A DNA stretch of 64,000 nucleotides, taken from Microcoleus sp. Its GTDB lineage: Bacteria; Cyanobacteriota; Cyanobacteriia; Cyanobacteriales; Microcoleaceae. Below are positions 52,301-62,168 of this stretch, in pieces (positions within the stretch are counted from its first letter, which is position 1; each line of letters starts with the position of its first letter). Position numbers and translations under genes: made by a program. The stretch lies in assembly GCA_042408215.1 (NCBI GenBank), contig JAYFMW010000006.1, positions 384,001 through 448,000 on the forward strand, written 5' to 3'. A model generated the notes under the pieces. That model did not search any database and had not been told where the DNA came from. It was given only the letters and a program-made list of their open reading frames with translations.

Positions 52301-54472
52301 TTGTGACCCCGGCCCCAGCGGTGACATCGGCATGGAGTCCGGCCAGACGACGCGGTACTGCTCAGTGGCGGTCGTTGTTGGGTCGTCGTAGTAAGTATTC
52401 GTGTCCCCAGTTACGGTGGCACCATTTGAAGGATTTATCCAACTAGGCGGCGGCAGGAATGAATTAGTGCGATCGTAAACCCCTGCACCAGTGATGACGC
52501 GCAAACCGCCAATGCCATCCAAGGGATTTTTCGGATTTCTCGCCGCTGCTTGTTCCCAAAAACTGCCGCGATCGGTCGTTCCTACATCAGCGATCTTTGT
52601 CACCTGGGACGATCGAGTGCGGTCTGGGGCGGCTAATCCGTCGGGGGTAGAATTCCACTTCCCTCCTGGGATTGGGTCTGGCTTACTGGTAAATGCCAAT
52701 TTGGCGGCGTCCCATCTCTTGGCTGGTAGGTTGTTACCTACGACAACGCGATCGCCCAGAAATTGTTCTTCTTCAGGTTCTTTTGAGGGGTCTGTTGCTT
52801 CTAGCTGACTAGGCGTTAGGTTGACTTTGGTTTCGGTCAGAGGTTTGTCCATTTGTCTACGGGTCTTAGGGTCTCTTTGCTTTCTAGAATGGGTAGGGGG
52901 TGTGGTCCGCCAGGTGTTGACCACGGAAGACCGTAGACCCGCCGTTGCGTCTCCTCCAAGCGGCACTTCCGCATAGGGAACCTTGCGGAGCATCTGTTTA
53001 AAATATCCTGTCAGCGCTTGTTTTCGATCTAGGTCTGATGGTCGCTGCCGCACTGACAACGGATCGTTAGTCTCCGGGTTGGGGCTGGCGGGGTCTCCCA
53101 TCTGCGCTTCTACTAGCAAAGATAGGCGCTTTGTATAGGCTTCGTCGTTGTAAAGAACATTCAATCTAGAATCGCTAGTTGATTCCGTTGTATTCGCCTT
53201 AATTTCTGATTTTTTACTCAGCATGAATGCGTTTTTTCCGCTCGTAGGGAGGCTACCTTTTTTGAAAAGGTGCACGTCCACTGCATTCTTAACCGTGTTG
53301 TTACCAGACCAACCATTTACTACATTACCAGCCACAACAATTTTGCTACCTTCTTGTTCGTAGAAACAAGAATCTGGGCTGCTGACCTGATACATTTTTA
53401 TGCTGTTAGGATTATTAAACCCTGTCACTAGCAAATTACTGTTTGTGAAGAGCCGCCCGTTTAGATTCAACGGAGGTCCCGGTGATATGTCTAGATCGTT
53501 TTCATAAACAACCGCGTTGTTGGCGATCGGAATAAGAGCTTGGTCTTGCTGATATTCCAGGGCTGAAATGCTAGAAGTTCCTGTGAATGCTTGATACGGT
53601 TTACTAGGATTGGCAGCAACATCTGCTGCTGTCATCGGTACGTTAACTGTATAAACGAAAAAACTTTTTTTAAGTTTGCCGTCTATCCTGTACCAGCCTG
53701 AGTCCCCCGCTAAAGTAGCGACAGTACCTCCACCCTGTTCGCAACCAGCCTTAAGTTTCCTCTGCGGTGGCTTTCTTGCTTCCAACGGCTCTCTTTTTCT
53801 TAAGAAGTCGCCCAAAGTAGGGCTTTTGGGCGTATCGTCTCTTGGGGGGGTGCGGAAGAATATGCCGTAGAGGGTAAAATTGTCAAATTTGCCATCGCCA
53901 TTTGTATCGACGGGATATCTCCAAGCAGTATTTATAGATTCATTGGTTTCGAGATTAAAGCCAGTATCGTTAACCTTAAGATCGGGCCCTATGCCATTTT
54001 TACCGTCTAGGTCATACTTAAGTTTCAGGCGATCCTCGTCCCCAAAGGTATAACTATCGGGAACTACACTTCCACTTGTTGATTTGGGGTTGGCGATCGG
54101 AAAGTACAATTCTGTATCAGAAGGAGTACCCCTATCCTGGGTTTGCTCCAGCAGGAACTGAATTTTCGCTTTCGCCCGATCGATCGCGGGAGTCGCAGCC
54201 GCCAGCACCTGCTGGTTCACGCGCACGTTACGAGCCGTATTAGCCCGATCGAACGATCGCAGAGTAATCGCCACAGTCAGCAAAATCACCACCAGCAACA
54301 CCATCGTCACCGTCGGGAGCACAAACCCCGCCACCGGCAAATTTGCCCGTCGGCCCATTGCTATGAGCGATCGCAACATTGCTCTCATTAGCCGCTTCGC
54401 GCGCGATCGAGTCACACCAGCAATCCGCCGCAGCAGCGATACGATAACTTTGGATAATTTGCTTTTAAACAT
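49363..54472 (-). pseudogene. hpsA: Hormogonium polysaccharide biosynthesis protein HpsA, broken by multiple frameshifts (possibly assembly errors)
   Basis: GFVLPTVTMVLLVV..RSFDR..VRVNQ..AIDRAKAK N-terminus; later pieces in different frames (51635-54472, 50334-51602, 49998-50192, ~49600-49970, 49363-49584) with NGGLQNLPRFLE and LLSQPPDLF..EVPRDDEWVQTLLCA. Confidence 0.8.
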
Positions 54473-54931
54473 TGACGCCTTCCTGAATAGTTTCAGAGAT
54501 GGTATTGCAGGTAGTTACTGCTTGACAGTACGATCCCAGTTTTATGATTCCCATTTTAGCCAACTTTCATATCAGTCCGTTGCACAAATTCACAATTTGT
54601 GTTATTTGGCTCAAAAAATAAAATATACCAGCCCACAACCCGCGATTTGCCGTTGGGTGGGGCGGGTAACAGAGCGGTAACAGAGCGTAGTCGAAGTGTC
54701 GAAGTATACGAGATTATTGGTCAAAGGCCGAGATTGTTGGTAAAATCCGCCCCTACAAGCCCTGGTGGGGGCGATATATTTTCTCCCGAAAGATTTGCCC
54801 CGCAAGGATTTGGGCTTAGGGGATTCCACTCTATCCTAGCTCATTGATCTTGGCCCAGATCTAGATTAAGTTCGATCGGACCTAAAATGGGCGATCGCGA
54901 TCGATTATTGTGGGCGATCGATTATTGTGGG

Positions 54932-55237
54932 CGATCGATGATTGTGCGGTAGGGACACGGCATTGCCGTCTCCTCCGTTGCCTGTGAGGGCAATTTGATC
55001 GTCCAATCCGGTTGATTTTACCCGTTACCCGAAATCAGGACACGGCAGTGCCGTGTCCCTACAATTAATTGGGATGGTTATATCTCTGGCGATCGCGATC
55101 GATGATTGTGCGGTAGGGACACGGCATTGCCGTCTCCTCCGTTGCCTGTGAGGGCAATTTGATCGTCCAATCCGGTTGATTTTACCCGTTACCCGAAATC
55201 AGGACAGGGCAGTGCCGTGTCCCTACAATTAATTGGG
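54932..55237. repeat. Direct duplication (period ~164 bp) of a GTAGGGACAC REP pair
   Basis: ATTGTGCGGTAGGGACACGG.. at 54941 and 55105, near-identical through CCCTACAATTAATTGGG. Confidence 0.85.
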
Positions 55238-55305
55238 GGATTGTTGGTAAAACCCGCCCCTACAGATTTAAAATAAAATTAACCTAATTAATCACCCTAT
55301 GACCG

Positions 55306-55899
55306 ATGGAAACTTTAACCCTAAACGTACCAACCGCCGTAGGAATAACAGACGAGCAATTTTATCAACTGTCTGTTGCTAATGAAGAATGGCGATTTGA
55401 ACTAACTGCTGAAGGAGAACTGATCATTATGTCCCCAACAGGCGGCGAAAGCGGCATCCGAAATTCCGATATGAACTTAGACCTCGGTTCATGGAATCGT
55501 CAAACTAAATTAGGAAAAGTTTTTGATTCTTCCACAGTCTTTCGATTGCCAAATGGCGGCAAACGCTCTCCCGATGCTTCTTGGGTACTCCGCTCGCGCT
55601 GGGAAGCTTTATCTATTGAAGATCAGCGCAAGTTTCCTCCCCTATGTCCTGATTTTATCATCGAATTGCGATCGCAAACTGATTCCCTCGAAAAATTGCG
55701 CTTAAAAATGCTCGATTACCGGGCTAATGGCTGTCGTTTGGGATGGTTGATTGACCCTCAGACTCCCTTAGTAGAAATCTATCGACTTGCTCAGGATGTA
55801 GAAACGATTAATTTCTCTTTTGACCAACCGCCAACACTTTCTGGCGAAGATGTACTCCCCGGATTTCTGCTCGATCTTACACCCATTCTCAATCCTTGA
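55306..55899 (+). CDS. Uma2 family (DUF820) endonuclease
   Basis: ELTAEGELIIMSPTG, FDSS..RSPDASW, CPDFIIELRS, LGWLIDP, GEDVLPGF. Confidence 0.92.
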   Translation: METLTLNVPTAVGITDEQFYQLSVANEEWRFELTAEGELIIMSPTGGESGIRNSDMNLDLGSWNRQTKLGKVFDSSTVFRLPNGGKRSPDASWVLRSRWEALSIEDQRKFPPLCPDFIIELRSQTDSLEKLRLKMLDYRANGCRLGWLIDPQTPLVEIYRLAQDVETINFSFDQPPTLSGEDVLPGFLLDLTPILNP

Positions 55900-56072
55900 A
55901 TATAGCAGCAACTCTGGACTAGGCAATGCCCTGTCCAGACTGTGGGTAAGATCAATTCCGATGCCACCGGATTAGATATGAGATGCAATTGGTTCGGGGC
56001 GATCGAATTTCGGTAATGCGTCAAAGTGCGATCGAGGTTAAAATGGCGATCGATTTTCATTAGCTACAACCC

Positions 56073-56837
56073 ATGAACCAAACCCCAAAACCCCCCGACT
56101 TCATCATCATCGGCGTCCAAAAAGGCGGCACAACATCCCTGTACAACTATCTGATCCAACATCCCCAAATCGCCCCCGCCGCCCAAAAAGAAGTACATTA
56201 TTTTGACTTTAACTTCGACAAAAGCCCAGACTGGTACTGTTCCCAATTTCCCCAGCCCAAAAGCGGCGAAAATCTCCTCACAGGAGAAGCCAGCCCCTAC
56301 TACATATGTCATCCCCAAGTTCCAGGGCGCATCTCCGGTTTATTTCCCAAAGTTAAAATAATCGCCTTGCTCAGAAACCCAGTAGAACGCGCAATTTCCC
56401 ACTATTATTACTATATCAAAATTGGCTACGAATCCCTATCATTAGAAAGTGCGATCGACTCCGAGCCCGAAAGACTAAAAGGCGAAATCGAAAAACTCAT
56501 CGCCAACCCAACCTACTACAGTTACGAACACCAACACCACAGTTATTTAACTCGCGGCATTTACGCGGATCAACTCCCAGCGTGGATGAAACTATTTCCC
56601 AAGGAACAAATCTTAATCATCAAAAGCGAAGACTTGTACACCAATCCCTGCGCTACATTCAACACTGTCTTAGAATTCTTAAACTTGCCGCCCCACCAGC
56701 TAGAAACCTACGAAAAATACAACTCCACCCAGTATCCGCCCATCAGCGAGGCTGTGTACCAGCAATTGAGAGCATATTTTCGATCGCACAATCAAAGACT
56801 AGCCCAAATGTGCGATCGAGATTTCGGCTGGGATTAG
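56073..56837 (+). CDS. PAPS-dependent sulfotransferase
   Basis: IIGVQKGGTTSL (5'-PSB), KEVHYF, GEASPYY, LRNPVERAIS (3'-PB). Confidence 0.9.
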   Translation: MNQTPKPPDFIIIGVQKGGTTSLYNYLIQHPQIAPAAQKEVHYFDFNFDKSPDWYCSQFPQPKSGENLLTGEASPYYICHPQVPGRISGLFPKVKIIALLRNPVERAISHYYYYIKIGYESLSLESAIDSEPERLKGEIEKLIANPTYYSYEHQHHSYLTRGIYADQLPAWMKLFPKEQILIIKSEDLYTNPCATFNTVLEFLNLPPHQLETYEKYNSTQYPPISEAVYQQLRAYFRSHNQRLAQMCDRDFGWD

Positions 56838-56970
56838 TCAAATTTCAATCATCCCCTAGGGGCGGGTTCCACCAACAGCCCAAAACAACAATCTCCTAAA
56901 CCCGCCCCCACCCTGTTAAGTTAAAATAAAACAAGAATCAATACAGTCATCTACCAAATCTCGCTTAATT

Positions 56971-57168
56971 ATGGCAATACTACTCAAAGTTCCCTCCATC
57001 GTCTGTTCCGGCTGCGGAGACACAATCACCAAAGCCATCAAAACAGTTGAATCCGAAGCTAACATCAATGTGGATGTCGCAGCCAAGACTGTTACAGTTG
57101 AGGCTAAAGCTTCAGAAGAATCAATTAAACAGGCGATTGTTGCTACGGGCCACATCATCGAAGATTAA
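56971..57168 (+). CDS. Heavy-metal-associated (CopZ/Atx1-like) chaperone
   Basis: 65 aa; VCSGC metal motif; AIVATGH end. Confidence 0.88.
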   Translation: MAILLKVPSIVCSGCGDTITKAIKTVESEANINVDVAAKTVTVEAKASEESIKQAIVATGHIIED

Positions 57169-57302
57169 GCTCCAGCCCAGTCAATTAATCAACATATCCG
57201 GTTTTGTAGGGGCGGGTTCACCAATATCTATGATTCACATCTAGGATATTTATAAACCCGCCCTCCCCAACTCCGTCACGGATACAGGGATAGCTGTTTT
57301 TC

Positions 57303-57569
57303 CCAATTACGAATTACGAATTACGAATTACGAATTACGAATTACCCAATTACGAATTACGAATTACGAATTACCCAATTACGAATTACGAATTACCCAA
57401 TTACGAATTACGAATTACGAATTACGAATTACGAATTACGAATTACGAATTACGAATTCCCAATTCCCGATTCCCCATTCCCGATTACCCATTCCCCATT
57501 CCCAATTCCCCATTCCCCATTCCCCAATTCCCAATTCCTAATTCCCAATTCCTAATTCCCAATTCCCAC
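57303..57569. repeat. STRR arrays (AATTACG)n and (ATTCCCC/ATTCCCA)n
   Basis: Tandem heptamers visible directly. Confidence 0.9.
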
Positions 57570-57616
57570 AAACTATATATTAGTAGAGCCAAACAAACCT
57601 ACCAAGAAATAGCAAA

Positions 57617-57667
57617 ATGACTACTGCAACCCAAACAAAATGCGCCTGTCCTTCTTGCTTGTGCATT
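57617..57667 (+). pseudogene. smtA: Metallothionein, 5' half
   Basis: MTTATQTKCACPSCLCI, ending exactly at the IS right end. Confidence 0.85.
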
Positions 57668-57703
57668 TTGACATACTCCCCGGCGTGAACGCACGGGGAT
57701 TCT

Positions 57704-58866
57704 TTACGCTTCATCGACTGATGCCACCGAAATGGTCTTACTCTGTCTCGACGTACATTTAGAGTCGTGGCAATGCCCTATCCCGACTTTGTTTATATTC
57801 CTAGCTGCGTTCTCATCTCTGTCCTGTTCTGTGCCACAATTTAGGCACAGAATTGAACGAATTGAGAGGTCTAGTTTACCCCATTTAAACCCACAGTCTG
57901 AGCAGATTTGACTGGTGGGTTCCCAACGACTAATTACTCTAAAATTACGCCCAATTTTCTCAGATTTTGCCTCACACAAAGAACGGAATTCATACCATCC
58001 TTGTTGGCTAATTGCTCTGGCAAGTTTGCGGTTTTTGACCATTCCTGACACGTTCAAGTCTTCCAAAATAATAGTTTGGTTTTCACTGACTACTTTGGTT
58101 GATAATTTGTGCAAAAAGTTTTTGCGGATGTCGGCAATCTGATTGTGTGTTTTGGCTATTCTGATTCGAGTTCTATTTCTACGTCTTGAGTCTTTGGGTT
58201 GTCGTGCCAGCTTTTTTTGGAGTTTACGGACTTTTCTGTCTAACTTTTTATAGCTAGGACTTTCAGCTTTCTCTCCATTGCTCATCACGGCAAAAGTTTT
58301 AATCCCTAAGTCAATACCGATGCTTTGGTTTTTGGTATGAATACTGATGGGTTCAACTTCTACTACAAAACTGAGGAAATAGCGGTTGGCACAATCTTTG
58401 ACGATGGTTACAGAGCTAGGGATAGAGGGCAACTCCCTAGACCAAATTGGCAAAACACATTGCCAATTTTTGCCAAGTAGACTTCTTCTCCTTTGATTGA
58501 GAACCCTCCGCGAGTAAGTCTCGCTGACTGGCTATTTGTGCGCTTTTTGAATCTAGGGTATCCAACTTTTCGCCCTTTTCTTTTCCCTTTGCAGGACTCG
58601 AAAAAGTTTTTAAAAGCTGTTTCTAGATCGGCTACAGATTGCTGCAAGGGGATATTCGATACTTCACTTAACCATTCCCTCTCAATAGTTTGCTTGGCTT
58701 GAGTAATTACCACCTTTTGAAGTTCTGCCGATTTGGGCTTCTTCTCCGACTGTTTACACAGTGCAAGAGCATCATTCCAGACAACCCGCACGCACCCAAA
58801 CAGTTGAGCCAAACTTTGGCACTGTTGGTTAGTTGGGTAGAATCTGTACTGGTATCTGGCTTTCAC
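57704..58866 (-). pseudogene. tnpB: Frameshifted tnpB, same family as 26339-27541
   Basis: Two ORFs joined by a frameshift near 58455; GIDLG, LEDL, DRDENAA retained. Confidence 0.88.
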
Positions 58867-58921
58867 TGACTTCTGGAGTTTAGTTATGCTACCATTATAT
58901 ATCAATATGAAATACAATGCC

Positions 58922-59062
58922 ATGAACAAAAGTATATTTTTTCGATTAACAGAGGAAGAATTAGCACATCTTGAGGAGTATTGCCAAGCAGCCGAGAGAA
59001 CAAAGTCTGATGTGCTGAGAGAATTAATTAGAAAACTAAAAATAAATAAAAAGCCGTCCTAG
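58922..59062 (+). CDS. Ribbon-helix-helix (CopG-like) protein, 46 aa, absent from the ORF track
   Basis: MNKSIFFRLTEEELAHLEEYCQAAERTKSDVLRELIRKLKINKKPS; divergent from tnpB. Confidence 0.8.
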   Translation: MNKSIFFRLTEEELAHLEEYCQAAERTKSDVLRELIRKLKINKKPS

Positions 59063-59130
59063 AAGGACGGGGCTTGTATCCCATTATTTTCGGTCAAAGG
59101 TTTTTCTTAACTTGGGCGGAAGCTCAGCAC

Positions 59131-59232
59131 TTATTTGTTGCACTCGCAGCCGGTGTGGCCGCTGCCGGTGCCGTTGGGGTGGCCGTCAGCGCAGGCGCTG
59201 GAACAGTATTGTTTGCCACCTTTTTCAAGGGC
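59131..59232 (-). pseudogene. smtA: Metallothionein, 3' half, inverted
   Basis: Minus strand reads ALEKGGKQYCSSACADGHPNGTGSGHTGCECNK then stop. Confidence 0.85.
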
Positions 59233-59241
59233 TCCTCAAGG

Positions 59242-59393
59242 TAATAACATTGTGTTATTATAGTGAATAGGAGTTTAAGATTCTGACGGAAATAGCTTCT
59301 GAATGGGGGTGTAGCTTATCTGCTACCATCAAGAGGTTGATTCGAGAGAAAAAGCCGTCCTTCTAGGACGGGGCTTTAGACCCAAAAATCATG
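59242..59393 (-). mobile_element. Left-end remnant of a second IS605-type element with an RHH fragment
   Basis: Plus-frame EFKILTEIASEWGCSLSATIKRLIREKKPSF; hairpin CCGTCCTTCTAGGACGG; TTTAC motif at 59394-59398 (minus strand). Confidence 0.7.
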
Positions 59394-59637
59394 GTAAAGT
59401 AGATCTAAAGGGAGATGCGGTGTCCGCATTTCCCAATTTTTGTGAGTAAAGGTTAAAAAAAAGTTAAATTATAGGTAAGTTAAGGTTAAGATTGGATTAA
59501 TAAAGTCAGTACAGGGCCAAACAACGCAATTGCTACTTGCGCCATACAAGAGAAGCAAGTTAGCGCCACGACGCTAGATAAAAATAGCGCATATTGACAG
59601 TAGATACGCAAACCAAAATTTGAATTAGGAGGGGGCC

Positions 59638-59898
59638 ATGAAAGAGCGGGAAGATTTTTTACATCCTCGCAGTCGCTACTACGGTGATTTCACGCCGGAA
59701 AACTTGGCGTTCAATGCTAACTTACAGGAATTTGCTCAGAAAATAACATACATTTGCTCGCTGGAAACTGGCGGCAAAATTAGCGCGGAGAAAGCCTATA
59801 AAGATATTAAGGCGCTGTGGAAAGACTTAAAAACCTCTAAGAAGCAATTGGGAATTGGCCAAAAACCCCCCAGTACCGATGAGGAAAATTCGCCTTAA
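59638..59898 (+). CDS. Conserved cyanobacterial hypothetical protein
   Basis: AGGAGG RBS; FLHPRSRYYGDFTPENLAFNANLQEFAQ..LETGGK motif. Confidence 0.85.
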   Translation: MKEREDFLHPRSRYYGDFTPENLAFNANLQEFAQKITYICSLETGGKISAEKAYKDIKALWKDLKTSKKQLGIGQKPPSTDEENSP

Positions 59899-60015
59899 AT
59901 AAAAATCTTCTAGGGGCAGGCAAGATGCCCACCCCACAATAAATTTAATGTATTGTGGAACGGGCCGAAGAGTCCGTTGCTAAAAATCTTGTAGAAGCAG
60001 ACAAGATATCTATTA

Positions 60016-60110
60016 CAGTCCTGGACGCATTGTAACGGTGTAACAAGGCTTTGAGATTGCTTCGCTTCCCTCGCAATGACAGAATTACGTTATATGTGCG
60101 TCCAGGACTA
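60016..60110. mobile_element. MITE with AGTCCTGGACGCA TIR
   Basis: Perfect 13-bp TIR; the same TIR occurs at ~16159, ~27892 and ~62024-62134. Confidence 0.75.
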
Positions 60111-60112
60111 TA

Positions 60113-61153
60113 TTATTTAAGATTCGGTGTTCCTTGTCCAAAAGGAGTACAATTTCCCCCTAACCCAGAAGTAATCGCACAAGTATTAGTAGTCAGCATC
60201 CCCTCATAAGTATCAGCACCGCTACCAGGCCCACCCAACTCATCACTGTAGAGTTCCTTGTCCGAAATTTTGACATTGGCCTCCCTCGCCACAGTCTCCA
60301 TCAACTTCGGATTAGTCGTAGTTTCAGCAAAAATAGTCGGCACTCCCGCCTGCTTAATTTCTGATGATAATTCAGCAATTCTTGCTGCTGTGGGCTGTTC
60401 CTCTGTAGTCACCCCCTGCAAAGCTCCAGCTACCTCCAAACCGTAAGCATCAGCATAGTAACTCAGAGCATCGTGAGTAGTGACTAACTTGCGTTTATCC
60501 GCCGGAATTGTCGCAATTTGAGCTTTAATCCAAATATCTAATTTTTGTAAATCCGCTGTTAATTTGGCTGCATTTTTGATATAAAGTTCAGCATTGCTGG
60601 GAGCAATTTTTTTCAATTCATCGCGAATTAGTTCAACCATACGGATGCCATTTTGAGGATTATGCCAAACATGAGGGTCAGGAACTTTTTCGCCTGCTGC
60701 GTGGGGTTTGGCTTCAGTTGTTTGTTCTCCTTCGTGCTCGTGTTCGCCCATCAGCGGTTTGGGAACTGCGAGTTCGTGGACGGCGATTTTGGGCGCGGAG
60801 TTGGTAGTAGATTTGATCAGTTTAATGATGCTGGGTTCGTGGTCGTAACCAGCGTATAAAATCAGATTTGCTGTTTCAATGGCTTTGCGGTCTTCGGGCT
60901 TAGTTTGATAGGCGTGGGGGTCGTCCCCCGGCTTAATTAAACAGGTTGTGTCGATCGAACTTTCGGCAATTTCTTTAGTGATGTCGCAAATAACACCAGT
61001 AGTGGCCACTACTTTTGGCAAGTTGGCGGCCCGACTCTCACGTACCGGATTGCTGGCTTGGGGGCCTCCACTGCATCCAGCCAGTCCCAGCCCGATCGCC
61101 AAAACAGCCACACCGCCCCATCTGCGGGTTTTTCCTAGCAACTTCTTTAACAT
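60113..61153 (-). CDS. Zn/Mn ABC transporter substrate-binding lipoprotein
   Basis: Lipobox LAGC; DPHAY, short His-rich loop, DPHVW, TTHDA. Confidence 0.92.
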   Translation of the reverse strand: MLKKLLGKTRRWGGVAVLAIGLGLAGCSGGPQASNPVRESRAANLPKVVATTGVICDITKEIAESSIDTTCLIKPGDDPHAYQTKPEDRKAIETANLILYAGYDHEPSIIKLIKSTTNSAPKIAVHELAVPKPLMGEHEHEGEQTTEAKPHAAGEKVPDPHVWHNPQNGIRMVELIRDELKKIAPSNAELYIKNAAKLTADLQKLDIWIKAQIATIPADKRKLVTTHDALSYYADAYGLEVAGALQGVTTEEQPTAARIAELSSEIKQAGVPTIFAETTTNPKLMETVAREANVKISDKELYSDELGGPGSGADTYEGMLTTNTCAITSGLGGNCTPFGQGTPNLK

Positions 61154-61165
61154 TTTACTTTGGAA

Positions 61166-61229
61166 CGATAATCATTACTGGTTTTTCGAGTTATTCTATT
61201 ATAGTAGCTGCAAACAAGAATCGTTCTCA
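61166..61229. promoter_or_regulatory. Two putative Zur/Fur-type boxes in the divergent promoter
   Basis: CGATAATCATTACTG (61166-61180) and CAAGAATCGTTCTCA (61215-61229) are imperfect matches to the 7-1-7 palindrome TGA(T/G)AATNATT(A/C)TCA. Confidence 0.5.
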
Positions 61230-61241
61230 AAATCTCAAATT

Positions 61242-61961
61242 ATGTTAGAAGTTCAAGACTTGGCTGTTAATTATCGAGGAATTTCGGCCCTCAACAGCAT
61301 CAATTTCAGTATAGAGCCCGGACTATTAACGGGAGTCTTGGGCCCCAACGGCGCTGGGAAAAGTACGATGGTGAAAGCCATGTTGGGATTGATTCCAGCC
61401 TGTCGGGGTAGGGTAACATATGAGGGGCGGTTGTTGAAGGAACAGTTGGGGCTGGTGGCTTATGTGCCGCAGCGATCGCAAATTGACTGGGATTATCCGA
61501 TTACGGTGTGGAATGCGGTGATGATGGCGCGAACAGTCCAGACTGGTTGGTGGCGATCGCCCTCCCGTCAGTCGCAAGAATTGGTGAAAACTGCTTTGTT
61601 GCGGGTGGGAATGTGGGATTTGCGCGATCGGCAAATTGGGGAACTTTCAGGAGGTCAGCAGCAGCGGATTTTCTTAGCAAGGGCGATCGCTCAACAAGCC
61701 GATTTATTTTTCTTTGATGAGCCTTTTAATGCTGTTGACAAAGCTACAGAAGAGATTATTTTTGATATTTTTGCCGAGCTCAAAGCCGAAAACAAAACTT
61801 TGCTAGTAATTAGTCACGATTTAGGGGAAACTTTAAAACAGTACGATAATTTATTGTTGCTGAACAAGCGGTTAATTGCGATCGGTTCCCGCCGGGAAGT
61901 GCTGACTGCTGCTAATATTCAAAAGGCTTATGGATACGATTTAAGTTTAGTTTGTGCGTGA
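61242..61961 (+). CDS. Zn/Mn ABC transporter ATP-binding protein
   Basis: GPNGAGKST, YVPQ, LSGGQQQR, FDEP; start set at MLEVQDL (61242). Confidence 0.92.
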   Translation: MLEVQDLAVNYRGISALNSINFSIEPGLLTGVLGPNGAGKSTMVKAMLGLIPACRGRVTYEGRLLKEQLGLVAYVPQRSQIDWDYPITVWNAVMMARTVQTGWWRSPSRQSQELVKTALLRVGMWDLRDRQIGELSGGQQQRIFLARAIAQQADLFFFDEPFNAVDKATEEIIFDIFAELKAENKTLLVISHDLGETLKQYDNLLLLNKRLIAIGSRREVLTAANIQKAYGYDLSLVCA

Positions 61962-62168
61962 GGGAAATGGGATTTATTTTTAACCGCAGATGAACGCAGA
62001 TGAACGCGGATATCTGTATTTATTAGTTCTGGACGCACGGGTGGTCAGAAACCGGGTTTTTTGCGAGAATACTTGGTTACAGCCCTTGAAACGCGAAAAA
62101 ACCCGGTTTCTTTGGTCTTAATGTGTCCAGGACTATTTATCTGTGTTCACCATGAGGTAAGTAATGAA

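Larger units (their letters stand above)
57668..59092 (-). mobile_element. TnpA-less IS200/IS605 element (RHH plus tnpB) inserted in smtA
   Basis: Minus-strand right end ..GGGGAGTATGTCAA; left-end hairpin at ~59051-59072; TTGAC target motif (plus-strand GTCAA 59093-59097). Confidence 0.85.

Noticed and set aside
60948..62168. N-terminal extensions of the ABC ATPase (60948) and permease (62061)
   Set aside because: The first overlaps the divergent SBP gene; the second starts inside a MITE.
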